From Candidatus Deferrimicrobiaceae bacterium (GTDB taxonomy: Bacteria; Desulfobacterota; Deferrimicrobia; Deferrimicrobiales; Deferrimicrobiaceae), in the NCBI GenBank assembly GCA_963792415.1, contig CAWBVY010000001.1, positions 343,900 through 407,899 of the forward strand: 64,000 bases of DNA. Direction: 5' to 3'. The notes beneath the pieces are model-generated. The model had not been told where the DNA came from. It made no database searches and saw only the letters and a program-made list of their open reading frames with translations. Position 1 is the stretch's first letter, and every line of letters starts with the position of its first letter. Positions 22,001-33,382 of the stretch are shown one piece after another. A program made the translations under genes and the position numbers.

Positions 22001-25000
22001 TATGGGCAATGGCGAGGTCCAGGACCCCGTTACGGATTTGCCGCTCGTGAACGGGCAGGACGACCCCGTATCGACGCCCGATCGGATCGTGCACTGGGAT
22101 GCCGAGTGGCACTGGGATGCGACCTATACTCAGTTCCCGCACCAGGCCCTGGGCGGGCATATTGTGGCTTTGGGGCTGACGGAGGCGCATCAGATCTGGG
22201 AAGAATACACGTATCCGATTTTCGAGTGGGCGCATCAGCAGGACGGCATCGCCGGGTTTGCGCACATGCAGTACCTGGATGACGGCATTCCGCAGAGCCT
22301 CGACTGCTGCAAGCCCATCGAATATCCGGTCGAAGTGGCCTTGGGGTCGGCCGATTTCATATCGGAGGATGTCAACGGCAGCGATTCCTTCATTCGGGCC
22401 TATTACCGCCTGCTCAACACCGGCTTTCGGCCCGGTTTCGCGGCCGGTTCGGACTTTCCCTGCGGCCAAGATGTGGGCGCTCTCCTGACCTATGTCCAGG
22501 TCGCGGGCGGCGAGATGACTTACCGCAACTGGATCGACGGCATTGCCCAGGGACGAACGGTCGTATCGCGCAACGGGCACAACGAATTTCTGAACCTGAC
22601 GGTCAACGGCAGCGCGACACCGGGGGATGAGATCAACTTGACCGGCGGCGGCAGTGTGCCGGTGACGATTCAGTGGACCGCGAATCAGAACCTGTCCGGG
22701 ACGATCGAGCTGGTAAAAAACGGCGTCGTCGTGGCCAGTGTGTCAAGAATCCGTTGCACCGGGCGCTCCGGCGAGTTTGAACACAACCGTGGATTTTACA
22801 AGCAGCGGCTGGCTGGCGGCGCGGCGGATGGACGGCAACGGCCATCAGGTGCACACGGCCGCCGTGTTCGTGACGGTCGACGGTGCGCCGGTGCGGGCGA
22901 GCGTCGCCGATGCCGAGTTTTACGTGCAGTGGATGGACAACCTGTTGGCAAAGACGTCGCCGGGCGGGGACTGGAACTCGTTTTTCCCGACCAGCCTGGC
23001 AGAAGCGCAAGCGCGGTACCAGGCAGGCAAGAGATATATTTCAGCAGATTGCCATGGAAGCCGGCGGCGGTGATCAACCACCCACGGTGATCTCGGTTTC
23101 ACCGGCCGGCAGGTGCGACGAATGTGAACACCGGAACGGCTGTCACGGTGACCTTCAGCGAGCCGATGGACCCGGCGACAATCAATGGGACAACCTTCGA
23201 ACTGATGAATCCTTCGAGTCAACTGGTACCGGCCGCGGTCGCCTACAACGGGCCTACGAACACGGCCACGCTGACCCCCGCGGCCCCGCTGGCCAACTCG
23301 ACGACTTACACGGCCAGGGTGGTGGGCGGAGCCGCCGGTGTGACCGATGTGACCGGCAATCCGCTGGCGACCGATTACACGTGGTCTTTCACCACCGCGG
23401 CGGCCGGTTCATCCGACTCCGCCAGCCTGTGGGATGATACCTTCATTCCGACGATTCTGTCCGATTCGGACACCAATGCGGTGGAGCTGGGCGTCAAGTT
23501 TCAGAGCGATGTCGACGGGTACATCACGGCCCTGCGCTTTTACAAGTCCGCGACCAACACCGGCACGCACGTGGGCAACCTGTGGACCGCCGGCGGCACG
23601 CTGCTCGCCAGCGTGACCTTCACCAACGAGACCGCCTCCGGGTGGCAGGAGATGGCCCTGCCCACTCCGGTGGCCATCACGGCCAACACGACCTATATCG
23701 CCTCTTACCACACCAACGTAGGGCGCTATTCGGCCGACTCGGCCTACTTCGCTTCCGCTTACGACAATCCGCCGCTGACGGGCGCTGGCCGACGGCGAGA
23801 GCGGCGGCAACGGCGTTTACCGCTACGGCGCGGCCGGCGGCTTTCCCAACCAGACCTGGAATGCCACCAACTACTGGGTCGATGTGGTGTTTCAGGAGAA
23901 TATAGGACCACCCGACACCACACCGCCGACGGTGACATCGGTTTTTCCGGCGGATGGGGCGACCGAGGTCAGCCCGACGGCCGCCGTCAGTGCCGTCTTC
24001 AGCGAGGCCATGGATCCGGCCACGATAAACGGGAGCAGCTTCGTGCTGCGCGACGCCGCCAATAATGTGGTGTCGGCCACCGTCGGCTACAGCGCCGGAT
24101 CCAAAACGGCCACCCTGTCGCCTGCTGCCCCCTCGAGTCCGGCGAAACGTACACTGCGACTGTATTGGGCGATGTCGATGGCGTGGCCGATCTGGCCGGA
24201 AATCCGCTGGATATGGATTATATTTGGTCGTTCACCACCACGGCAGCACACGGGAGACACGACCCCGCCGACGGTCATAGCGGTGCAGCCGGCGGACGGA
24301 GCCGTCGGGTGTCGAGCATCGCGACCGTCGTGACGGCGACGTTCAGCGAGGCGATGAATCCGGCAACCATCGGCGGAACCACCTTTGAACTGCAGGAGAC
24401 CGGTGGCGGGACCTGTACCCGCTGTCGTCGCCTACAACAGCGCCACCAACACGGCCACCCTGACACCGGATAGTCCCTTGTCGAACAACACGACCTACAC
24501 GGCGGTCGTCAGCGGGGGTCCGGGCGGTGTCAGCGATCTGGCCGGCAATGAGCTGGCGTCCGATGACAGCTGGTCGTTTACCACCGCGGTATCCTCCGAC
24601 ACGACGCCGCCGGTCGTCAGTTCGACCTCGCCGGCCGACGGCGCCACGGGCGTGAGCATCGGGACCCAGGTTGTCGCGATCTTCAGCGAGGCGATGGATC
24701 CGGCCACGATCACCACCACGACCTTCACGCTGAACGGCGTTGCCGCCGCGGTCGCCTACAACGACACCACGAACACGGCCACGCTGACCCCCGCGGCTCC
24801 GCTGGCCAACGCGACGACCTACACGGCCACGGTGGTAGGGCGGCACCAGCCGGGGTGAAGGACGCCGCCGGCAATCCGCTGACGGCCGATTACAGCTGGT
24901 CTTTCACCACCGCATCGTCTTCGGGCGGCGATACGACACCGCCCACGGTGACGGCCGTGCTGCCGCCCAACGATGCGCCCGCGGTCAGCACCGGAACGCG

Positions 25001-28000
25001 TCTCACGGTCACTTTCAGCGAGGCGATGATGGCGGCGACCATCAACACCGGGACCATCGAGCTGCGGAATGCCTCGGGCGCTCCTGGTGTCGGCCGCCGT
25101 CACCTATGACGGCGCAGCCAACCGGGCGACCGTTGACCCCCAACAGTCCCCTGGCGGTTTCTTCGGCCTATACAGCCATCGTCAAGGGCGGTGTCCGGCG
25201 GCGTGAAAGATGCGGCCGGAAATCCGTTAGGCCGCCGATTACGGCTGGGGATTCGTCAGCAGCGCGTCCAATCCGTTCGGCAATGGTCCCGGCGGACCGA
25301 TTCTGGTCGTCACCTCCGCCTCCAGCCCCTTCAGCCGCTATTACGCCGAGATTCTGCGGGCCGAAGGGCTGAACGCCTTCGCCCTGCAGCGACCTGTCAT
25401 CTGTCACGGCGACGATTCTCGACCAGTACGATGTCGTCGATCCTGGGGGAGATGCCGCTGACATCGACCCAGGTGACCATGTTCACCAACTGGGTCACCG
25501 CCGGCGGCAACCTGATCGCCATGCGGCCGGACAAGCAGCTGGCCGGGCTGCTCGGGTTGACCGACTCTCGGGACGACCCTGTCGGAAGGCTACCTGCTGG
25601 TCGACACGTCCTCCGATCCGGGGGCCGGCATCGTCGGGCAGACGATCCAGTTCCACGGCACGGCCGACCGCTACACCCTGGAGAGCGCCGCCGCCCTGGC
25701 AACGCTCTATTCGACGGCCACCACCGCGACCGCGAACCCGGCCGTCACCTTGCGCAGCGTGGGGTCGAACGGCGGGCAGGCCGCCGCCTTCACCTTCGAC
25801 CTGGCGCGCTCCATCGTCTACACCCGCCAGGGCAACCCGGCCTGGGTCGGACAGGAGCGCGACGGGATATCGCCGATCCGCTCCGATGATCTTTTCTACG
25901 GCAATGCGCCGGCGACTCCAGCCCGACTGGATCGATCTGAACAAGGTGGCCATTCCGCAGGCGGACGAGCAGCAGCGGCTGCTGGCCAACATGATCATCC
26001 GGATGAACGCCGACAAAAAGCCGCTGCCGCGGTTCTGGTACTTCCCGAACGACCATGAGGCGGTGGTCATCATGACCGGCGACGATCATGGCCATGACGG
26101 GACCGCCGGGCGCTTCAACGCCGAGATCATCAGCAGTCCTCCGGGCTGCTCGGTCGACGACTGGGAGTGCATCCGCAGCTCTTCCTACATCTATCCCGAT
26201 CCGGACGGTGCGGTGACCGACGCCGAGGCGGCGGCCTACGATGCCCACGGCTTTGAAATCGGCCTTCACGTCAACACCTTCTGCGCCGACTACACGGCCG
26301 GTATGCTCGAGACCTATTTCAGCGATCAGATGGGGGCCTGGTATGGCGTTGTTTCCGAGCCTGGCCCCGCCGGTCAGTCATCGGCAGCACTGCATCGCCT
26401 GGAGCGGTTACACGGTTCTGCCGGAGGAAGAGGCGAAATACGGCATCCGCCTGGATGTGAACTACTACTACTGGCCCCCGGACTGGATTGCAAACCGGCC
26501 GGGTTTCTTCACCGGCTCCGGCATGCCGATGCGGTTTGCGGCCCTGAACGGCACCCTCATCGATGTCTACCAGGCCACCACCCAGATGACCGACGAATCC
26601 GGGCAGACCTATCCCTACACGATAAACACGCTGCTCGACCGGGCCATCGGGCCCGAGAAGTACTACGGGGTCTTTACCGCCAACATGCACACCGATTATG
26701 CGACTCTCCGGTGATTACGATGCCCTCATCGCCTCGGCCCAGGCGCGGGGCGTGCCGGTGATTTCCGCGCGGCAGATGCTCAAATGGCTCGACGGGCGCA
26801 ACGGGTCGTCCTTCGGCTCGATCGCCTGGAACGGCACGCGTTCTCAGTTTCACGGTTTCAGCGCGGGCAGGGGGCCAACGGTCTGCAGGCGATGGTGCCG
26901 CTTGCGCCGGGGGTTACGGTGACGAACATCACCCGCAACGGCAGCGCGATCGGTTATGTGATCAAAGAGGTCAAAGGCATCAGTTATGCCGTATTTTCCG
27001 CCTCGGCCGGTTCCTATGCGGTAACGATGGCTGCCGATGTGACGCCGCCCACGGTCATCGACAATACGCCGTCGGATGGTGCGGTCGACGTGAGCACAGG
27101 GACGGCAGTGACGGTTACCTTCAGCGAGCCCATGGATGCGGCAACGGTCGAACCAGACGACCTTTGAGTTGCGCGATTCTTCGAATGCTCCAGTGTCTGC
27201 CGCTGTCTCGTACAACACCGGCACGAACACGGCAACGTTGACATCCGAACTCAAGGTTGAGCGCAGCGAAGACCTATACGGCGACCTTGCTTGGTGATGC
27301 CGGAGGGGCGGCCGACTTTAGCCGGGAACCCGCTTGCCGTTGACTACGCTTGGTCGTTTACCACCGCTGCTGCTGGAACTTCGGTTTCCTACAGCTTATG
27401 GGACGATGCAACTGATACCGTCGATTCTTGAGGACCCGGACCGAACCGCCCAGTCTCAGGGAATTGAGCTGGGCGTCAAGTTTCAGAGTGTGACGGATGG
27501 CTACATCACCGGGCTGCGGTTTTACAAGGGACCGAACAACACCGGCACCCACGTGGGCAATCTGTGGACGGCCGGCGGCACGTTGCTGGCCAGTGTGACC
27601 TTCACCAACGAGACGGCCTCGGGTGGCAGGAGATGGTTCTGCCGGCACCGGTGGCGATCACGGCCGACACGACCTACGTGGCCTCCTATCATGCGCCTGT
27701 GGGGCGTTATTCGGCCAATTCGGGTATTTCACGGCACGGGATTTCGACAATCCGCCGCTGCGGGCACTGGCGGATGGTGAAGATGGCGGCAACGGCGTTT
27801 ACCGCTATGGCGCCAGCGCGTTTCCGAACCTGACATATCAAGGCGAAAACTACTGGGTGGATGTGGTGTTTCAGGAGAGCTGGGGCCGGATACGACGCCG
27901 CCCACAGTGACACGCGACCGTGCCGGCAGCCGGTGCCGTCAATGTGAATCCTGCCGCGGTTGTCACGGTGACCTTCAGCGAGGCGATGGATGCGGCAACG

Positions 28001-28725
28001 ATCGACGACAACCACTTTTGAGCTGATGGATGCCGGCAGCATGCCTGTACCCGCCGTTGTCACTTACAACGGTTCAACTCGGACGGCGACCCTGATCCCG
28101 GCTGCGGCGCTGGCAAACACGGCGACCTACACGGCCGTTGTCAGGGGAGGGGCTGTTGGTGTGACCGATGCGGCCGGCAACCCGTTGGTCGCCAATCACA
28201 GCTGGTCGTTCACCACTGCTGCCGCTGGGACATCGGTTTCCTACAGCTTGTGGGACAATACGTTCACCCCGGCAATTCTGTCCGATTCGGATACCAGTGC
28301 GGTGGAGCTGGGGGTAAAGTTTCAGAGCAATGTCAACGGGTACATCACGGCCCTGCGGTTCTACAAGGCTGCAGCGAATACCGGCACGCACGTGGGCAAC
28401 CTGTGGACCGCCAGCGGCACGTTGTTGGCCAGTGTGACCTTCACCAACGAGACCGCCTCAGGGTGGCAGGAGATGGCACTGCCGTCACCGGTGGCGATAA
28501 CCGCCAACACGACCTACATAGCCTCCTACCACACCACCGTGGGGCGCTACTCGGCCAATTCGGCCTACTTCACTTCCGCCTATGACAATTCCCCGTTGCG
28601 GGCGCCGTCCAGCAGCGCGAGCGGCGGCAACGGCGTGTACCGGTACGGCGCAGCCAGCGCGTTTCCCCACCGACACTTGGAATGCAAGCAACTACTGGGT
28701 CGACGTGGTGTTTCAGGAGCAATGA
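19017..28725 (+). CDS. Giant secreted protein (~3,200 aa when reassembled): 5 DUF4082, ~12 Big_5/SbsA Ig-like domains, a CehA/McbA-like PHP metallohydrolase and a polysaccharide-deacetylase-like domain; many frameshifts
   Basis: Signal-like N-terminus; repeated VELGVKFQSD..GYITALRFYK..NYWVDVVF; repeated DTTPPTV..ATFSE.MDPATI..WSFTT; WYAGDMHVH (~21880); VIMTGDDHG and GFEIGLHV (~26060-26270). Confidence 0.82.
20501..21715 (+). repeat. Near-identical 342-bp tandem repeats encoding Big_5 domains
   Basis: tcagg(t/c)gatacgacgccgcc recurs at 20771, 21113 and 21456. Confidence 0.9.
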
Positions 28726-28746
28726 AATTGAATGTTCAATATCGGG

Positions 28747-29325
28747 CTCACCGCAGAGGCGCTAAGGATGCAGAGAATTTTGGATTTTTTGCTTTTCGCT
28801 GAGACGCCGAAAAGCAAAAAGCAACTTGCCCTTCGAATACAAGTGTCGACAAAAGAGTTATCAATTTAATTGGAAATAATAGATCACTTTAGATAATATC
28901 AGTCGGGATTATTCGCCAAAGGCGACAGCGTTTTTATGTTTTCCAGCGTCCCTGTCTTGTTGAATGAAAAGCAAATTCAACTGGGACCAGCGGAAAACAT
29001 AAAGAAGAATAAGCTCTGCGCTCTCTGGGTCTCTGCGGTGAATAATAAATATGTTGAGTCATACAGCCGATCCGTCTCCGGCAAACATAAAGGGCAATCC
29101 GCATTAAATGCGATAATTTCACGCCAAATTTCTAAAACTTAAAAGTTGTCACGAGCTTTAACCTCTTAGCACACAGAAGAAAGATAGAGATGCATGCAGT
29201 TTTGATTTCCTTTATCGTCCACTCAACGATAAAGGAAAAAAATATTTAAACTCTGCGCCCTCTGCGTCTCGAGCGAAGCCCCGGTGAAATGGCTTTCTGA
29301 TTTCACAGGGTAGGCGGGCGGTGAA
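28747..29325. repeat. Family A element (28747-29042) plus a tandem right end (29207-29325)
   Basis: ctcaccgcagaggcgctaaggatgcagaga; loop cgctgagacgc; ctctgcgctctctgggtctctgcggtgaa; ctctgcgccctctgcgtctcgagcgaagc[36 bp]gggcggtgaa. Confidence 0.85.
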
Positions 29326-29333
29326 TTCCTAAA

Positions 29334-29729
29334 ATGGACATCAATCAACTAACCAGTAAAATCATAGGCGCAGCAATTGAAGTTCATAAACATCTCGGTC
29401 CAGGACTCTTGGAATCGGCTTATGAAGAATGCCTTTGCCATGAATTAGAATTGCGCAGAATCAGATTCGATAGGCAGAAACCATTACCGATAGAATACAA
29501 AGGACGGAAGCTTGACTGTGGCTACAGACTCGATGTCCTGGTAGAGGATAAGGTTGTTTTAGAATTGAAATCCTGTGAAAAAATTGAACCTATCCACAAG
29601 GCACAGTTGCTGACATATCTCAAACTATCGAATATAAATTTAGGCTTACTGTTGAATTTCAATAGCATAACAATGAAAGAAGGAATAGTGCGCATCGCAA
29701 ATGAACTTCCCGATCGACAGGTAAATTAG
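29334..29729 (+). CDS. GxxExxY protein (PD-(D/E)XK nuclease-like), intact
   Basis: [25 protein letters not shown]...[18 protein letters not shown]...[10 protein letters not shown]...GLLLNFN. Confidence 0.93.
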   Translation: MDINQLTSKIIGAAIEVHKHLGPGLLESAYEECLCHELELRRIRFDRQKPLPIEYKGRKLDCGYRLDVLVEDKVVLELKSCEKIEPIHKAQLLTYLKLSNINLGLLLNFNSITMKEGIVRIANELPDRQVN

Positions 29730-29743
29730 TAGAGATTAAATCG

Positions 29744-29827
29744 TTTTCATTTCCGACCTCTCAACGGAAATGAAAATAATAAAACTACTCTGCGCTCTCT
29801 GCGCCTCGAGCGAAGCGGGCGGTGAAA
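29744..29827 (+). repeat. Family A right end directly downstream of GxxExxY
   Basis: ttttcatttccgacctctcaacggaaatgaaaa + ctctgcgctctctgcgcctcgagcgaagcgggcggtgaaa. Confidence 0.85.
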
Positions 29828-29848
29828 CATTTAAAAAAGGACAACCCT

Positions 29849-31061
29849 ATGCCCGAATCTCCCAAAATTATCCCCGTTGCCCGCCCCTGGCTCGACGAAC
29901 GCGAAGCCGAAGCCGCCAAGCGCCCCATCATGAGCGGCTGGGTCACCCAGGGGCCCGAGGTGGCGGCCTTTGAAAAGGAGTTTGCCGACTACGTCGGGGC
30001 GAAGCATGCCTGCGCGGTGTCGAGTTGCACCACGGCCCTTCATCTGGCGCTTTTGGCCGTCGGCGTGAAACCCGGCGACGAGGTGATCACCGTCAGCCAT
30101 TCCTTTATCGCCACGGCCAACAGCGTCGTGTATTGCGGCGCCAAGCCGGTTTTTGTGGATATCCAGCCGGAGACCTTCAACATCGACCCCAACCTTATCG
30201 AAAAGGTCATCACAGCCAAGACGCGCGCCATCCTGTGTGTGCACCAGATGGGGATGCCCTGCGATTTGGCGGCGATCACGGATCTTGCCAAAAAGAAGGG
30301 TCTGCCGGTCGTTGAAGATGCTGCCTGTGCCATCGGCAGCGAAATTCTGTGGAACGGGAATTGGGAAAAAATCGGAAAGCCGCAGGGCGATGCGGCCTGT
30401 TTTTCGTTTCATCCCCGCAAGGTCATCACGACCGGCGACGGCGGCATGATCACAACCGACAACGCGGAATGGGACAAGTTGTTTCGCCTCTTGCGGGTCC
30501 ACGGCATGAGCATGGACAGCTCGGCCAGGCATCGAGCCGGAAGCGTCGCGTTTGAATCCTATCTGGATCTCGGATATAATTACCGCATGACCGACATTCA
30601 GGCCGCCATCGGCCGCGAGCAGCTCAAACGCCTGCCGGAAATCGTTGCTCAGCGCCGGAAACTTGGGGATCGATACCGAAAACTCCTTGCCGACATTCCA
30701 GGGGTAATCCCTCCCTCAGAGCCCACATGGGCGCGGAGCAACTGGCAGAGCTACTGTGTGCGACTTACCGGAAGGGTGCGACCAGGTCAAGGTCATGCAG
30801 GAAATGCTCGAGGCCGGGGTTTCGACAAGACGCGGCATCATGTGCTCTCACCGGGAACCGGCCTACGCCAACGAACAGCCGTGGTCGTGCGGCAACGGAC
30901 CCGGCGATTGCGGCTGCCCGCCCGGTAGCTGTAAAAACTTACCGGAAAGCGAGAACGCCCAGGATCACAGTATCTTACTGCCGCTCTATCATCAAATGAC
31001 CGAGGAAGACCAGGACCGTGTGGTCGAGGCTCTCAAATCCGCTTGCAGTGCTAAGAAATGA
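29849..31061 (+). CDS. DegT/DnrJ aminotransferase (perosamine synthase-like), frameshift near 30765
   Basis: SGWVTQGPEV, SSCTTALH, VEDAACAIG, FSFHPRKVITTGDGG, GYNYRMTDIQAA. Confidence 0.92.
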
Positions 31062-31062
31062 A

Positions 31063-31148
31063 TTCACCACCCGCTTCGCTCGAGACGCAGAGTGCGCAGA
31101 GAAAAGAATATTCATTTTCCTTTGCCGTTGAGAGGACGGCAAAGGAAA
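31063..31148 (-). repeat. Family A left end immediately after the aminotransferase stop codon
   Basis: ttcaccacccgcttcgctcgagacgcagagtgcgcagaga is the reverse complement of the long right arm; hairpin loop gttgagaggac. Confidence 0.85.
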
Positions 31149-31528
31149 AAATCGTCTTTGCTGCAGGTTTAAGGTACTTTTGTTAATCGTTATTTAAGAC
31201 AGCTTTTTTAATATCGAAGTCGTTCAAAGCAGTATAATCAGTGTTGCCACTGTCTATCAGATTACAAAGATAAATTTTTAGAGGTTCATTGCCACTAACC
31301 CCAGTACCATCTGCCAGAGCTACCCCAGAGGAATAGGCTACACATTCCACGGGGCAGGCGCGGCAGGGAGGATGGCAATCATAAAGAATAATCTGCTTTA
31401 AACACGAGCACAACTTGACATGAAATATGTGATGCATGAGCTGTTTCACAACACCACTTGTAACAACCAAATAATATGTGTATTTTGTATTGGATAGGGA
31501 CAACAGTACGTTTTTAAAGGAGGTAATA

Positions 31529-31823
31529 ATGGCAGAGATAATATTGAAAACAAATAAGCCGGAAAAGGCTGCCGATATTTTGAGGGAAGCATTGGAAAAA
31601 GAAGCTTCGCGATTAAAATATAGTTTAAATCTCGCAAAAAAACGGCTTAAGAGATATGAAATAAAATACAATATTTCATCGGACAAAGTTCATTAAAGAA
31701 TGGAGCGCTGAAGACTTGAAAGGGAAGGATTTGGAATATGTGGAATGGGCCGGAGAATATCAATTATATTCAAGCTTAAATGAGCGTTTGAAAGTCTTGC
31801 AAAGTATAGAAAATGTCGCTTAA
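31529..31823 (+). CDS. Putative antitoxin (partner of a DUF6516-type toxin), one frameshift
   Basis: RBS aaggaggt; MAEIILKTNKPEKAADILREALEKEASRLKYSL...YNISSDK/FIKEWSAEDLKGKDLEYVEWAGEY. Confidence 0.6.
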
Positions 31824-31965
31824 TAAGTACCTGAAGCAGTTCCGGCAAGCTGTTGGAAAGTTTGAAAGTTATGGATATGCAGAATCAGTAGAGATTAGAG
31901 AAGAAATACGGCCAAACAAACAAGCGGTTGTCAAAGCAAAAATCGTCCTCATTGATAGGAGATAA
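31813..31965 (+). pseudogene. N-terminal half of a DUF6516/TumE-like toxin
   Basis: MSLNKYLKQFRQAVGKFESYGYAESVEIREEIRPNKQAVVKAKIVLID, then it stops; overlaps the upstream stop. Confidence 0.5.
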
Positions 31966-31968
31966 GAA

Positions 31969-32172
31969 ATGGAAACAATAGACAAAAAATTCATTGTCGA
32001 TGAGGACAATAAAAAAATAGCAGTACAAATTCCCATTGAAACCTTCGAAAAAATTGAAAAAGTTTTGGAGAATTATGCTCTATTCCAATTGATTAAAGAA
32101 AATGAAGGTGAAGAAATTTTTGGACTGACAGAGGCAAAGGCATATTATGATCGGCTGGAAAAGACACAATGA
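31969..32172 (+). CDS. Putative antitoxin; the coupled downstream toxin appears deleted
   Basis: KFIVDEDNKKIAVQIPIETFEKIE resembles the 12920 protein; the stop overlaps an ATGA (MKI...) that quickly degenerates. Confidence 0.6.
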   Translation: METIDKKFIVDEDNKKIAVQIPIETFEKIEKVLENYALFQLIKENEGEEIFGLTEAKAYYDRLEKTQ

Positions 32173-32274
32173 AAATCGCTATTTCCCTTAACTCGAAAGA
32201 TTATAGTGGCCTAAATTTCCTTAAAAAAATCGTGACTATTTGTTTTGTTCGGAAGTTCCAAAAATAGCTTCGGG

Positions 32275-32376
32275 GCCTGCCCTGCTTGCCCTGTTAAATC
32301 ATTCCCATTTAACCGGGGTAGCTCCGGAAGACGGTACCAGGGCCTGCCCCGTAGCTCCAGAAGATGGTACTGGGGT
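32275..32376 (+). repeat. Stack of nested CCTGCC micro-elements
   Basis: cctgccctgcttgccctgttaaatcattcccatttaaccggggtagctccggaagacggtaccagggcctgccccgtagctccagaagatggtactgggg. Confidence 0.75.
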
Positions 32377-32447
32377 CAACAACAAAGGAAAAAAGAAACA
32401 AAGCACTCTGTGCCCTCAGCCTGCCCAGTTAAATTGCCGGAAAATCA

Positions 32448-32737
32448 ATGTATTATACTTACGTTTTATTGAGCAAGTTGGATAGAGCCCTTTATGTAGG
32501 ATTCACTAATGATTTAAAGAAAAGACTTTTAGAACACAAAAAAGCTTGGTCCCCTCGACTAAACCAAGACGACCCCTAATGCTTATTTATTATGAAGCAT
32601 GTTTAAATAGAAATGATGCTGTTAAAAGAGAAAAGTATTTTAAGACTGGTTATGGAAGACGTTTCCTTAACGGTCGATTGGAAAATTACTTAAAGAGTAT
32701 TGGTAAATCAGGCACGCGACCAGACGGTTTCGTTTAA
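32448..32737 (+). CDS. Small GIY-YIG nuclease, frameshift in an A-run near 32540
   Basis: MYYTYVLLSKLDRALYVGFTNDLKKRLLEH / LVPSTKPRRPLMLIYYEACLNRNDAVKREKYFKTGYGRRFL. Confidence 0.85.
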
Positions 32738-33055
32738 GCTTAAAAGAATATCTAGTAGTACATAGATAGGTTTTTAAGACAAAGGTTATAATAAACACAA
32801 AACTCTGTATTCTCTGCCCCCCGCCTGCCTCGCCTGAGCCCGCCTGCCTCGTAAGCTTTGCGGGCAGGTCCGCCCTCCTGCCAAGCAGAGTGAGGTGGAC
32901 GGGTCTGAGGTAAAAAATCTAAACGGAGAATCTGCGAACAGTTGACCTCCGGCAAACATAAATTGATTCCGCTTCGATAGTGGTCCTTGGATTACATTAG
33001 GGAAACTGAAATAATTTTGCTTATGTGCCTGCTATAAGCGTCGATGACAGTGTAA

Positions 33056-33130
33056 TTTTTCTTTGTCGTCAACTCAAAGACAAAGAAAAAAGTCAAAACT
33101 CTCTGCTTTCTCTGTGCCTCTGTGGTGAAA
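33056..33130 (+). repeat. Family A right end
   Basis: tttttctttgtcgtcaactcaaagacaaagaaaaa + ctctctgctttctctgtgcctctgtggtgaaa. Confidence 0.8.
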
Positions 33131-33138
33131 TTATTATT

Positions 33139-33297
33139 ATGACTTCAACTTCCCAAAACACCACCATCACAACTCTCTTGGCAGAAGAAATACCACCAAC
33201 GGATGAGAAATCCCCTGCTGAAAAAGACACTTACGGCCAGATACTAAAGTCCTCAGCCTTGGTTGGCTGCTCTTCGGTACTGAATATCGGATTCGAT
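33139..33297 (+). pseudogene. Orphan 5' end of the flippase gene
   Basis: MTSTSQNTTITTLLAEEIP..EKDTYGQILKSSALVGCSSVLNIG parallels MSSTPQNSTITTPLTDEIP..EKNTYGQILKSSALIGGSQVLNIG at 36169. Confidence 0.85.
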
Positions 33298-33382
33298 ATT
33301 CTTGCGCGAAGGTTTTTACCATGTCTCATTTAGAACCGTAAATGAATCGGAACGATATGACTATGAGTGAAAGGAAAAAGTA

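Noticed and set aside
19017-28725. Diversity-generating retroelement template/variable repeats among the DUF4082 copies
   Set aside because: No reverse transcriptase, and differences between copies are not adenine-specific
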